Shown: positions 48,626-61,689 of the stretch, in pieces
How positions within the stretch are numbered: the stretch's first letter is position 1
Layout of the letters: every line of letters starts with the position of its first letter
DNA from: Lama glama
Lineage: Eukaryota
Assembly: GCA_028534125.1 (NCBI GenBank)
Contig: CM052816.1
Span: 6,202,001-6,266,000, forward strand
Direction of reading: 5' to 3'
DNA length: 64,000 bases
Translations under genes and position numbers: made by a program
Notes under the pieces: generated by a model
The model's input: only the letters and a program-made list of their open reading frames with translations
The model's database searches: none
Told to the model about the DNA's origin: nothing

Positions 48626-49019
48626 GGTGCCTAGGTCTGTCCAGTCCCTGAACGTGTACTCTTGTTGCCTCGTAACTAGGGATTGGATACTCCCAAGCTG
48701 GTAATTGACAAGGCTTTCAGTCATTGCCTGTCTCAAGGGTATTTGCCTTTAGGGACCAGATGTTTGATTTCCAATGGTGAAATTTCAGACCCTGCCTGAG
48801 GTAGAGATGAAAGATTTAAGCAAAGCGTGTTCTGGGGCTCTTCAGATTACACAGTGCAGGACTCTGTTTATGGCAGATAATGGATACCACACTTTTAAAT
48901 GACAAAGAATTATTCTGTGGCCTATGAGCTCTCATTTTGAAGTCTCTACTAATTCCTGATGAGAATGAGTGAGACTCTGGGGACTGTAAAACAGAGAGAC
49001 AGACAAGTGACAAAAGCAT

Positions 49020-49310
49020 TAGACATCAGAGCAAGAGCTAGGTCTTGCCCCCTGCTCTGCCACCAGTAACCGATGGGCTGTATGCACTGGACATGTGCAT
49101 CCCTCTCTCTGGGCCTCAGTTTTCCCCTCTGAAAGATGGCATTGTTTGAGATGGAGTACTTCTTAATGTGCTTATAATGCCTTGGGGATTTGGTTAATAT
49201 GCAGATTGTGGATCAGTAGATCTGGGGAAAAGGCTGAGGGTATGCATGTCAACAGACTTCCGGCTGTGCTGAAACTGGGCTCCCAGACAGTGCTTTGAGC
49301 CAAGACCTGG
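49020..49310. mobile_element. MIR core (+) followed by MER5-family fragment
   Basis: CTCTCTGGGCCTCAGTTTTCCC at ~49105-49126; AATATGCAGATT...TCAGTAGATCTGGGG at ~49195-49230. Confidence 0.65.
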
Positions 49311-50609
49311 AGGATTTCTAAGGCCATCTCTTAGAAGTCAACACACATTTATTTGGTTCCCATTATGTGCCGTGCACTCTGCTAGGGGCTGTTGCTACTG
49401 AGATAGAGAAGATAAAGTTTCTACCAGCTAGAAATGGTCATCTTCCAATAGGGAAGTGAGGCAAGTGTATCATTTCAAAATAGTGTGACAAATAACAAAA
49501 CTGAAGTTTGTACAGGGAAAAGAGATGCCGTACATAGAAGAGGACAGCAGTGATTTACTTGTGGTTGGGGCGTGAGGGTATAGATGTCAGAAAGTTACTG
49601 ATCATGTGGACAGGTGCTGAAAACTGGCAAATGATGTACAGATAAAAGGAGTCTCTTTATCTCAGGACACTCAGGAATTCCTTTGTCCAAGGGAGGCACA
49701 GCTGTGGGTTTTGGCGAGGAATTATTTTGATAAGCAATCTTGACTACTTCTTCTCGCTCCATGATTGCTTTCTCTGTGCCTTCCCCAGACCATGGCTGCC
49801 TGTTAGAACCACACTGATGAAAGACTTACTCCCCTGGTGGAAACCATGGTCTGTTTGGATGCTGCAGCCCACAGGCAGCTGCTGGAGGTGCAGCAAAGGC
49901 ACCTTCGCCCCCGCTCAGCTCCCAACAGGCCAGAAGCAGTGAGTCAGGAGAGGAAACGCAGGTGGACGGAGAGAGGATGCAATCTATATTGGCATCAGGC
50001 CGTGGTTAGGTTTTCTACAGAACACCTGAACACACAGGCAGCCACCCCAGAGGGGACAGGAGTGTTCCCATCCCCCGAATAATGGGGGCCTAAGCAGAAA
50101 GTGGCTTGATTCAAGGATCATGAGAAAGGAGAGAGAGAAGGGGAGGGAGGGGACACCAGGGGTACAGACTTCCTCTGGCTCAACATAGGTTTTAGAATGA
50201 AGCAGTTGATATGATGCCAAAAGCTGATCACACTACAAAGAGTCCTCAGGTGGCAGTCAGAACAGTTGGCTTCTGGTGCCAGCCTAAGGTGTGACCAAGT
50301 CAATCTCTGAGACTCAGTTTTTCCAGCTGTGTAGTGGGAATGTTGGGCACTCTTTCTTGGGCGAACTTGAAGAGCCTGTGATTACATTTTCCTGTCCGAG
50401 TTTAGTCATCCTGCCCTGCCAGCAACTAACAGAGATCATCCCTTATTTCCTTGGTACCTCCACCTGTGCCTTCTGACAGAAAAGGAGATTTGTGGCCACA
50501 TCTGCTGATCTCAGAATCTGGATATTTGTTCCCACGGATCCAGATAATTTCCTGTCTTTATTCAGTTACCAAGCCTTCATTTTTGTTCAGGGGGAAAACT
50601 GGACATCAA

Positions 50610-51310
50610 AAAGCACTGTCCTCCCTGCTGGGACTATTGTAGCAATCTCCTAGCCACCCTGGAGCCACTCCTGTACCCACCACTTCCTTATCCAGGAGCA
50701 GCCACAGGGATCTTCTGTGATGTCAGTAAGGTGGCGTCATTCCCTACTTACAACAGCCTCCTTATGAGTACAAAAAATACAAACTCCCAAGTGGCCTGCA
50801 AAATCTTTTACCTTCTGACCCCTATTGGTCTCTGCAATCCCAGTTCTTATCCTCATCCCATGTTTCCTGTGTCTCAGCCATGCAGACCTGTTTTCTGTGC
50901 CTTGAAAACTCCAAGCTAGTTCCCACCCCAGGGACTTTGATCTTGCTGTCAGTGCTGCCTGAGTTGACCTTTGTGTGTAAGGCTCATTTCTCATTCAGTT
51001 CTCTGTTCAGATGATGCCTCGTCAATGAGACCACCCCTGGCTGCCTCGACCAAAGCATTGCCCCTACAACACGTCACCCTCTAGCCCGTTACTTTGGTTT
51101 GTTTCCTTTTCCTTTACACCATTAATCACCACCTGACGTTATCTTACTTACCGTTTGCTTCCTGTGTACTGTCAGCTTCTCATTCCCCATCCCCACTGAA
51201 CTGCAAGAATGTGAGACCGGACCCTTTGCCTTATTACTTCGAGAAGTGCGTGTCTTAGAGTAGGTGCTTAGGGAATATGTGTTGGATAAATGGAAGGAAA
51301 AATGGAAAAA
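50610..51310 (+). mobile_element. L2 fragment
   Basis: CAGCCACAGGGATCTT...TCCCACCCCAGGGACTTTG...GTAGGTGCTTAGGGAATATGTGTTGGATAAATG. Confidence 0.8.
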
Positions 51311-52284
51311 AGTGAAGGACAAAAGGAAGAAAAGGGTCAAGGAGAGGGAGAGGTCGGGGGAAGTCACATTGCTGGCAAGGTAGAGTCGCGAGCGTTCTCC
51401 TTTTTACGCTCATGTGATGTCACTTAGTCTTCGTGCCCACGCTGTGGGGAGATGGAGAAGTGCTCTGTGTGATTTGAATCCAGTCCTTTGTGTCTTCCAA
51501 ACTCAGAGTCATTAACAAATTGTTGGCCAAATGTGAGCTTAAGCAGGTATATTGTGATGCCACCTAAGGAAAGAGCCATTTTCAGCCACAGGAGAAAGGA
51601 TGGAGTTTCAAAAGTGGCAGAAATGGCTTCCGGCTCTGCAGCGCCTCCTGTACTCCTGGGATGAGGTCTTAACCTCGCTCCATCAGAGACTGAGCGGGTA
51701 GCCTAAGGCTTTGATCTCTTCTATTTTTAAAGCAGATCCCTCCGAGAAGAGTAAGGCTTGGAGCTCTTCTCTCTTTCTTTCCTATCTCTTTGTGAATAGC
51801 ATTAGCATCAGTAGGTTTATGTATGTGTTGAGAGATGGGAGGTGAGGACAGAGGGACAGACCCTGAAGGATGGTATAAAGAGGAATGGCTGCATGTTGCA
51901 GCCCTGGGGAAGATTTTTAAAATATTCATGCCCCTGTTCATTCTAGGTCTCTGATTCAGTTGGTCTGGGGTGAGGCCCAAATGAAGATGCCTTCTGAAAG
52001 GTCCCCAGAAAATTATATGGTATGGCCAGGGTTGAGACAACTAATCTAAACAGTGGGCTCTGGGAAGACATAGCTTCTTCCAAGCTGTCCCCTCATCATT
52101 TGGGAGTTTTGCACTGGGGTTTTGCAGGCAGTTGACAAGCTGTGAAAGCCAGCCACATAGAAAGTTTGCAGAGAAGATGGCAGAAAAATTTCTCAGATGG
52201 GTCCCTTACTCCAAGGACCTTACAGAACAAACAATATGGATTGCAGGCATTAATAAAGTGTGAAATAATTGATACCAGTTAAAG

Positions 52285-52496
52285 CAGCATTTCTCCACCT
52301 CATCATTACTGACTGTGGTGGGCAGCTGTTTGTGGTGGGCGCTGCCCTGCATATCATGGGGTGTTTAACAGCATCCCTGGCCTCTGCCCACTAGACGCCA
52401 GCAGTTCCTGTTCCCAGTTATAACAGCCAACAGTGTTTCCAGACATAGCCATCTGTGCCTTAGGGAGTTAAATCACCCCTGCTTGAAAACATCTGT
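52285..52496 (-). mobile_element. MER20 DNA transposon
   Basis: TTTAACAGCATCCCTGGCCTCTGCCCACTAGACGCCAG...TCCAGACATAGCCA...AAATCACCCC. Confidence 0.88.
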
Positions 52497-52649
52497 GGTT
52501 TACAGAGGTCAAATCTCCTATGGTGAATTGTCAGTTTAAAGAAATCTTTAAAGATGGATAAGATGTCGTTGAATAAAAAACTGAGGATAAGTATGCATTA
52601 AATTCTTAAAATGGATGCATGCTGAAATTTGGGAGCTATTTAGTTGGTG

Positions 52650-52690
52650 TTTTTTTTCTTTTTTCTTTTATTTCAAGAGTACAGGTAAGT
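52650..52690 (+). other. Candidate microexon or recursive splice site
   Basis: About 25 nt of T-rich tract, then caag|AGTACAG|gtaagt with a perfect donor consensus; TGCATG upstream at 52616-52621. Confidence 0.25.
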
Positions 52691-53689
52691 AGCTTTTTGC
52701 AGATCACTTGAAACCAGAGATGGAAATGACAGCAGGGCTGGAGATGGAGAAGTTGTGTCTAATTCCAATAAGACAGTACCAAAGAAGCAACTGATCTTGA
52801 AGGTTTTAGAGGCCCAAGGAGACCTTTAAAGCTTTATTGCCTGAGGGGAGGAGAGGACTGAGGATTCATGTTTCAAGAGCAGAAAATAGGCAGCCCTATT
52901 CCCAGGGTAGGGTTGATTGTGTGCCTGAAATTGTGACAAGAGTCTTAAGATATTTGTGGGCTTCTAGAGCAAAGACCTGCATCTCTCAGTGCAGTGCTCT
53001 TCATACCACCTCCAATGGGGGATACCTGAAATGGATGCTTGACAGGGTAGGCACTCATCCCCTTGACCTTGGCAGCTGGGACTGGTTTCCAAAATTGGGG
53101 ATATGGATGGCTCAATCCCAGTTCAAATTGCCCTTTCTTCAAAGCTCTGTTGAATCACCAGCAAACACGCAGTACCAAGAAAGTGCACTAGATGAAGATA
53201 CAAGTGAGTAGAAGGGTCTTTGCTGTCTACACAGAGTGAGGGACATTCCAGGTTCCAGAAGTAAAGGAACCCTGGGCTCCATGACTTTTGCCACAGGTGC
53301 CCTTTAAAGGGGCATCAACCACATTATGAGACACTTGTTTTCTGAATCTCAGTTACATACTTCCTTGTCAACTGGCTGGAATGGGACCCGAAAGACCCCC
53401 AAGTGACTGTGCCCAAAGCAGGTGGGAAACTAGCCACTGACTGCCACAGTGGAGGGGTGATGACAGCATTACTGAAGCTCTGAGGGCTCCAGAGGCCTGG
53501 CCCCCATCCTTTTGGAACACACGAGGCCCGGGGAATTGTATGACTCCAGGGAGTGGAAGAGCAGCAGGGAGGATGGCGAACATTAAAGCCACCGGTGACT
53601 CGGGGCTGGATTCGCTTTGGTCTAAGAGAAACAAGCAGTGTGTTATCTCTTGTAAAGAGATATACTTGTATATTACTTGAATAATATAT

Positions 53690-54176
53690 AGAGTAATTTA
53701 TTCTTGTTATAATAATGACTCTAGTCTTAGAATTTCATCCTAATGAACTAGACAAAATTGCATGATAATGTTAGCTACAGGAATGGTCATTACACTCCTT
53801 TTTAGTAGAGTGAAAACTTGAAAAAGATGTAGACATTTATCAATAGAATACCAGTTAAATACATTTTAGTTCATTTACATAAAGTGGTGTGCACAAACTG
53901 TAAACATCGTATTGTGACAATATCTTTAATTAGTAGGAGGAAGTTAATATATATTTTAAGTGGAAAATAGGTTATAAACAGTACACATTTTTGAAAAGCA
54001 AAATGGAACCAGCCTAGGTACATACCTATCAAGAGTCTGGAACGTATATATCAAGGGGTAACAGGAATTTCTAGTTGGTGGAATAATACGTTATTTAACT
54101 TTTGTCTTTTTACATGTGTTCATTCTGATTTCTCTACCATGAATATATGTTACATGTAAAACAAGAAAATACATTT
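53690..54176 (+). mobile_element. Ancient L1ME-class 3' end
   Basis: TTAGAATTTCATCCTAA...CAATAGAA...GTTAAATACATT...TTTCTCTACCATGAATATATGTTAC. Confidence 0.65.
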
Positions 54177-54400
54177 TATTTTTATTTTTTAAAATTTTTT
54201 ATTGAAGTGTAGTTGATTTACAGTGTTAATTTCAGGTGTACAGCAAAGTGATTCAGGCACACAGACACTTACATACATACATTTATTTTCTTTTCAGATT
54301 CTTTTCCATAATGTGTTATTATAAGAAATGAAATATAGTTCCCTGTGCTATACAGTAGGTTCTTGTTGTTTATCTATTTTATATATAGTAATGTGTATCT
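54177..54400 (-). mobile_element. Short 5'-truncated LINE-1 3' end with perfect TSD
   Basis: TSD GAAAATACATTT at 54165-54176 and 54401-54412; T-rich tail; same family as 185-418. Confidence 0.93.
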
Positions 54401-55149
54401 GAAAATACATTTAAAAAAAAAAGAGAATACATGTTAGAGGAAAAAGAACAAATCTCACCCAGCAGTACTTGACAGTATTGAAGAAACATGGATTTGAAAT
54501 GGATTCCATTCTTCTTGGCAAATGCCCCTTCTCTTAATCTTGTTTCCTCGCAGCCGTGTTGATGGATTGACAATGGGTTCTTTACTTCCTCTAAAACCAT
54601 ATCTTCTTTCAAATGCTGAAGTGTCCCACTGAGGCCAGTCTGAGCTGAATTAGGGGAATCATTTCATTTGAAGGTTGCCTCTGTTTTTCAAGGAGGAGTA
54701 AGAGTAAGGGGCACAACTCCCCCTGCCCCCAATTCCTATCAGCTTTGTCCTCTCTGTCTTTGAAAGAAGAAACCAGAGCACTTATTTGCATACTGTACGG
54801 CTGAGCTGGATTGCACAGCACCTTATGTTGTTCTATCTACTGGTGAACAAGTCTTCTCCTCAGGCTGCATTAAACCTCAAATCCGGGGTCCCTCTTTTAT
54901 GTGCGTTTTATGTTGCTCTTTTTTCTTGTTACCATTATTGTCATTAACATTATTGTTGACTGGCTGAGGGAGAACGCCCCAGGGAGGTGAAGTCTGAGTT
55001 TTGATAAGATTTGTTCTTGAGGGTATGTGGATCAAACTGCATTCCATACACCCAAGGGGAAATGGAAATACCATTCTTAATAATCACAGTAGTGAAGGTA
55101 ATAACTTGTATGTGAAAACTATATTAGAAATGGAAATACTATTATTAAT

Positions 55150-55420
55150 AATTACAATAGTAAAAGTAGTAACATATATGTGAATACTGTTTCAGTGTTT
55201 TGTTCTTCTAAATCATTTCCACAAATATTATTTCATCAATCCTCATAAAATACCAGTGAAGTGAGTAGGGTAAATGAGTAGGAACTTGCTCCATTTCTAC
55301 AGATGAAAGAAATAAAATACAAAGAAATTAAGTGGCCATCTAAATGAGTTACAGTGGATTAGTTGCAGAACTGAGACTAGAATGCAGGTTTCTTGATTTC
55401 ATAACTGAAACTGGTTTCAT
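55150..55420 (-). mobile_element. MIR SINE
   Basis: ATTATTTCATCAATCCTCATAA...CCATTTCTACAGATGAA...GCAGAACTGAGACTAGAA. Confidence 0.75.
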
Positions 55421-56174
55421 ATCAGCACAAAACCAGACTTATGGCTGAACTTTAGTATGTACTTGTTTGTTTTTGGATTTTCAAGTCGTATAAACAATAT
55501 TCCTTTCCTCTAATGCTGGTAAACTATAGATGCTTTGTAATGAAGACCAGGGAACTTAAAGGTAGAACACCTATTGGACTTTATCCTTTTCCATAATTCT
55601 GGACTAACGAAGAATACACAAAAAGGCCATATGTTTGGTGTAATAAAAGCAATGGCATTTTTGACATTAACAGAAGCAACCCAATAATCCACCAAAGGCA
55701 GGGCAGTCTAGAAAAATAGACTGGGAGAATGAACCCTAGACTTGGTGTTTATTAGGACTCACTTCCCCTTCCAAAGCCATCCTTTCCACCAAGCCTTTGG
55801 CGGAACTGGGTCCACAGAGCAGGTCTTGAGGCCAGCTGCACGGGCAGAGTACACCACTCGTTCAATCAGAGGATGGCCAGCTTGCACAGCACAGGGAGAC
55901 CCACTAACCAGGTGTGACTAGGTATGCAGTGGGAGACAGAAACAAGCCAGTTTCCCAACTTTGAAGGGCAGGAACTATTCCCATATACAAAATATTGTCC
56001 AAGGTACAATTTCAGGATGCCAAGATCTGGGAAAATCATGTCTGTCTTCTTCCTTGGGCAGAATAGAAGAGGGTGAATATTTTATTTTTTCCAATCTTCT
56101 TTGTTTTAGGAAAAGACAAAAGTAATACAGAAGTCAATAAATGTTATCTGTTAGTTACTTTCTAAGAGTTAAAC

Positions 56175-56680
56175 CCAACTTAAAATGATCTATGAAACTC
56201 TCTATTCTCTCTTTGGCTTTATTTCTTATTATTCCTCTGGCCTCCTTCCCCCTCTCTCAACCTCCCAACACTTTGCTCCAGCCACACTGGCCTCCAGGCT
56301 GCTTCCAACCATGCTTGACATACTCCTGCCTCGGGGCCTTTGCACTAGCCATTGCCTTTGCTTAGAGCAATCTTCACCCAGATACCTACATGATACAACC
56401 TCTTGCCTGTTTCTGGTCTTTATGCCAATATCATCCCCTCATTGAGAACTTCCATATCTACTATCTGTTGTACTCCACCTAACACTTCCTACTATATATG
56501 ACTCTCTAGCACTCATCATCACCTAATATACTATATACTCTACTTGGATCTGTTTTGATCATTGCCTGCTCCCCTCACTAATATATACTTTACAAGAGCC
56601 CACAGAGACTATGTCTGTCATGGTGTGGCAGGCACAGCATATTCAATATATATTGTTGGAATGAGTGAATGAATAAATAA
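56175..56680 (+). mobile_element. L2 3' fragment
   Basis: CTCCAGCCACACTGGCCTCC...GGGCCTTTGCAC...TCAATATATATTGTTGGAATGAGTGAATGAAT. Confidence 0.85.
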
Positions 56681-57799
56681 CCTTATTGTCATAGTACATG
56701 GGCAGAAGGAGGCCCAGAGAAATGAAGTGACTTCCTTAAGGTGACCGGAGAAGTTTCCTGGCAGAGAGAATTTATCGCCATTGGAACCCAGGTCTCCCGA
56801 CTCCTGCTTTGGTTCACATCCCACCGCCACATCATGATACATTTCCAAACAGGGGGTCCTGATGTTATTAAACGGCTGTGCATTTAAAGACTACAGAGCG
56901 GCCTTTTACTTTCGCAAATTATCATAGAGATAAAGGAAGAGGAGAAATTCAGTTCCCAAGAAAGTGTAGGCAACCCTTGCTGATCGGACTTTTAGGACTT
57001 GGGTTTTCCATTCTGCTTCTCCCCATGAATCCCTTCTGAATCACCAGGACGTGTAATTTTTCATGATAATGAAAGCACAGTCAGTTTTTCATCTGTTGGA
57101 GAACCTCAGTAGCTGTTTCAGAAACAAAGTACAAACTCACACTCTGGGGCAGGGACTCCCCACCCTTACAGGCACTCCTTTCTCTCTAAAGCCCTCTGTA
57201 ACACTGAGGAAGCATCAAATTACAGGAGCCTAACCCTTTAGAACTCCAAGTCCCCAGGGAGGTTGCAGGCTGTGCACAGTGGTGGTGAGGTACCCTTTAG
57301 GAAGCTGGGGGTTATTTAAAATGTACTTGATCTCCTAGAACTAATTTCCTATATCTATACATGATGAATTAGTACAGAAGTTACAAAAATCCTCATAAAG
57401 GAATGGATCATTTCTCAAGCCAGAACATGACGTGATGACTTTTTAGTCTGTGACTTGCAGAGTTTTTCCATTTGAGTTTCAGTTCTCCCTTAAGATTATA
57501 GCACCAAGTAAAGCCAGTCATACCATTTCTCTGCCTAAAACACTCCAACGGCGTCCCTTGGACACACATGCCTCCTGCCCCTCCTCTCCTTCCACCCTCT
57601 GCTCCTTTCTTCTTTCCTATGCATGGTAGCCTTCCTTTAGCTCCTTGCACAGACCATGCTGCCTCACATGTAGAGGCCTCCCCGCCGGACTTCTCCCAAT
57701 GGTCTTTCTGAGTAAGTGATCCCAGCTTGCAGATCCCAGCTTCCCAGCTGAGATGTGGCCCCCACTGGGGAGCATCTCCTCCTCCAGGTCTCCAGTTAG

Positions 57800-58239
57800 T
57801 GTTTAAGAGCCATTGTGAAGACTGTCATAGACCCCTGTTCTGCTGGGCTGGGTCTCCTCCTGTGTCCTGTGTGCCACAGAAGGCTGATCTGCAGGCTGTA
57901 CTTCAACAGGACCCTTGCCCTGCAGTCTCCAGCTTGGTTTCACCTAGCGGGAGGTGAGTGGGGAGGGAGGGAGAGGCTGGTCTGCTATGGGCTGTCCCTG
58001 TCTCTCTACACAAGGCTATAGCTTGTGTCAAGCAGCTCCCTCCACAAAGCTCCCTCCTTGGTTATCACCCTTTCTCTGGCCCCTCCAGACCTAGGGATCG
58101 TAAAAACACCCAGCTCTTCTAGCTTCAGGGTCCTGCACGGTGCCTGGTTGGGTTTCCTCTACTCATCCCTTTGGGAGATGTTCTCTCTACCACCCCAGAA
58201 TACATATGCCAGTTGTTTCTGTTGGACCAAACTGATACA
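57800..58239 (+). mobile_element. ERVL LTR33-like solo LTR
   Basis: CCTTGCCCT...CCCTCCAGACCTAGGGAT...TGTGCCA-like TATGCCAGTTGTTTC...CTGATACA terminus. Confidence 0.6.
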
Positions 58240-60199
58240 TTTGTTGCTGATGTTTGTTAATTTCCTGGTTTCCTGTCTTATTTCTGTTCTTTCCCTTTCT
58301 ACCCTACCCTTCATCCATAGAGGAAGAGTAAATTCCGTGGGAGAATGGAGCTTTCTTGTTCTCTTTCGTATGTAAGACACTGCTAGAATTAGAATTACAC
58401 CTTGCAAATGGTACATACATTTTTTAATACATCAGATTTAAAACAAAATGTTGTGGATTTATTTATGTGTTATTATTTGCCCAGAAATAAAAATTTTGGA
58501 GTCTGAGCTTTGGTTTCATTTGGAAGGTGTAAAGACTATAATCAAATTGTCTTGTAACAAAGATCAAGAATTTAAGCCAAAGAAACAAGAACCGTGGGTG
58601 AGGGAAGGGATTTTTGTCATTGTTTACACGCCAGATTGGGGAGGAATAGAAGAAAATAGATACGAAAGGACCTTGGGAAGCAGGCACAGACTATTAGCCA
58701 AGGAAAGTGGTGAGAAGCAGCTGTGGGTGTGGTGTCAGGGAGCTGAGACAGCTGAGCTTTTGTCTTGATTTAACCCGACTTCTCAGTGGCGTTTATGAAC
58801 AAATTCATTGTCAGACTCATTATCTCAGTCTGCAATTTTTTTCCACAATAAAATGTCTTTAGGAGAGTTGAACTAATATTTTCCTAGAGTGATTTACTTA
58901 GTTTGCTAATAGAAGGTGTGTTTCAGTCTTTGGAGGACCAAAGACAGTTTTATCGTCTCTCTCCATTAGATCTTTGGTAAACTGACTTTTTCACAACATC
59001 CACATTCAACAGAGTGTATTAGTCAAAAAACATCCAAGTTTCTCATTCTTCTAATGACTATAAGGAGGTAATGATGCAGTTATTTAAACTGTTTTGAGAC
59101 TAAATGATTACATTACATACTTCTTGAGCTAAAGAGTGGGATATTGTTGTAAAACAGTAAATCATCATGTGGTTTTGTAAATGACTTCATTCGTTCACTT
59201 ATTCATTCATTCTGTAAATCTGATGGGCTTTGTGTGTTTGTGAATTCAGTGATGCCTGCTGCCCCATGGACTAGGCAGTCTGATAGAAGTATCTTGCTTT
59301 TGGTCCATAAATCATCTACTGAATCTCTGGAGAAAATCTTGGGAAATGTATTTTTCAAAAGTTCCCCAGGAGATTTAATAGCCACTAATTGATCTCTGCA
59401 AAATTCTGGCAATTCATGGACTAGAAAGCTGGGTTGGAGGTGAGGGGGAAACTTCTACCAGCGATCCTGGGTAAAATGCAGGACGAGTTATGTAACTACT
59501 GAGCTAATGTTGCCGGACCTTTTATAGGATCCACAAAGATCAAGGCAGGAATCCAGTCTGCTAAACCAAAGAATTAAGCCTGAAAGAATAGCTGCCCGGA
59601 GGTATACCAGGAACCTTGGCCTTGGGTTCCAGCAGGCAAACCAAGAGCAGGAGACCAGTCCCTACATCTGCAGCCAGTGGCTCTTTGGGAACGAGACCCC
59701 ACCCAGTCCTCGCCCGCTCAAGTGAAGACCCTCAGGGGGAAGGTGCCCACATTCTCACTTGCTCCGGACAGTCCTGGTTTATGTCTGTTGTCTCTGTGTC
59801 ATTACTAGTGGCACCTGCTTCCCTGTCAGAAATGCCCAGGCTTGGACAGTGTGTGAGATTGTCACTCTATTCAAGGCTGGCTTAGTGCAAGGGTGGGCAA
59901 GGAAAGAGAAGGCGTCCAACTGCTGAGAGACAGAGACAGAGAATCTGTCTTGGCCTTGTCTAGAGACCTAAAAATTAATTAAAATATATCCCCTTGAAAT
60001 TTAAAAACTAGAGTTATGTCCTTAGCATGGGGGTCAAAAAATTGTTTATATGCATTGTATTTAAAATCTGAGGCATTTTTAACAAGAGAGAAAACCACTC
60101 ATAGTTTCTTTAACCAAATAATAATAATGTTAATACTGTCTTTTTTTCCCCCCTCTTCAGTCTTTTTTTCAGACAAGTTTATTTTTTCTTCAGTTTTGT

Positions 60200-60535
60200 A
60201 ATGGATCATATTTTACAAAATAACATTATGCACTGAATTTTCACTCAACATAATGAAGAGTTTTATTTACATGTTGTAAACTTTGCAAACAATATTTCGA
60301 CTGCCTGTTTTTATTTTGACTGAGTGACTGTGATTTAAGCAAAACCCTATGTTGGACATTTAAGCTGTTACCAGTGTTTGCTCTCAGAACAGATATCATG
60401 ATGGACATTTTGAGTATAAATCTTCCTTGACATTCAGAATAGATTCTCCAAAGTGAAATTACTGGCTCAGAGGAAAAGGTCACTGTTAATTTCTTGATAC
60501 ACGTTATTGCCAATTGGTGTATCAATTTTCATTCT
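60200..60535 (-). mobile_element. Ancient L1ME-class fragment
   Basis: TTTCACTCAACATA...TTGGACATTTAAGCTGTT...AAGTGAAATTACTGGCTCA...TTGCCAA. Confidence 0.6.
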
Positions 60536-60974
60536 GTTTTCTTTTGGCAGGATTGGGCAGTCATTTATTGAAACATCTTTCTGCACAGGTTACAAATATC
60601 CACAGCACTTTTGAATCACGCACAGTTCCTTCATCACTGAGGGCTCTGCCCAGGAATTATCTATAAATAACTGGCAGGTTCAGGGCCATGAAACTGAGAT
60701 GGGGCAAGGAGGCAGGGAAGAATCCACAGGAGCCACAGCCAGGAACCCCACAACTCAGCCGGCCAAGATATAAGAGGAATACTAAAGCTGTAAATAATTG
60801 CCACTTAGCACCATTATCTATGTCCTGAGCTGCTCAGTACCCAGATTTCTGTTGGTAACAAGAGAGTTGAGGTGCTCTTTTACCTGCTGAAGAAAAGCCC
60901 TCAGGCCATCCCTGATAGAAGAGAGAGCGCACCTGTAGCACAGCCCAAGGATCAGCCTTGGATTTTCCCTCCAT

Positions 60975-61290
60975 TTTTAAAAAATTGAAGTGTAGTTGAT
61001 TTACAATATTGTATTAGTCTCTGGAATACAGCATAGTGATTCAGTTATACATACAAATATATACATACTCTTTTTCATTTTCTTTTTCATTATAGGCTAT
61101 TATAAACTATTGAACATAGTTCCCTGTGCTATACAGAGGACCTTGTTGTTTATCTGTTCTGTACATCGTAGTTTGTATCAGCCAATCCCAGACTCCCAGT
61201 TTAACCCCCCCTCCCTCATCCCTTTTCTCTCTGGTAACCATAAGTTTGTTTCCTATGCCTGTGACTCTCTGTTTTGTAAATAAGTTCATT
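60975..61290 (-). mobile_element. 5'-truncated LINE-1 3' UTR fragment
   Basis: AATTGAAGTGTAGTTGATTTACAAT...AGTTCCCTGTGCTATACAG...TGGTAACCATAAGTTTGTTT; possible TSD TTGGATTTT at 60958-60966 and 61290-61298. Confidence 0.9.
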
Positions 61291-61689
61291 TGGATTTTTA
61301 AGGACACAGATCCTGTGCAATGAATAAATACGCCCACTTTATTTGGGAGAATCCTGTGAGTTAAAGATATTTCTCAAGATGGACGTTCCACTGGAGAAAC
61401 GGAAAAGCATTGGATATGAGGAGTAATAGATGGGGGTTTAAGTTTTGATTTTTCCAAAATAACCATCTCACATTGGATGAAGATGAGGAGGATGATAATG
61501 ATGATAATCATGTATTCAGTAGACATTTATCGTGTGCCTGTAATGCACCAGGCATTGTTCCTGACGCTGGGGATACATTAGTGAGCAAAGTGGACAGACG
61601 CTGCCCCGGTGGAGGTCGTTCACTTTCATCAGCATGTGATGGGAAGAAATACAATAATAAGTTACAGCATGTACTAGGTTAGAGGGCAA

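Noticed and set aside
56111..56122. 12-nt plus-strand microexon-like unit after a T-rich tract
   Set aside because: The donor AAA|GTAATA is weak and expected by chance.
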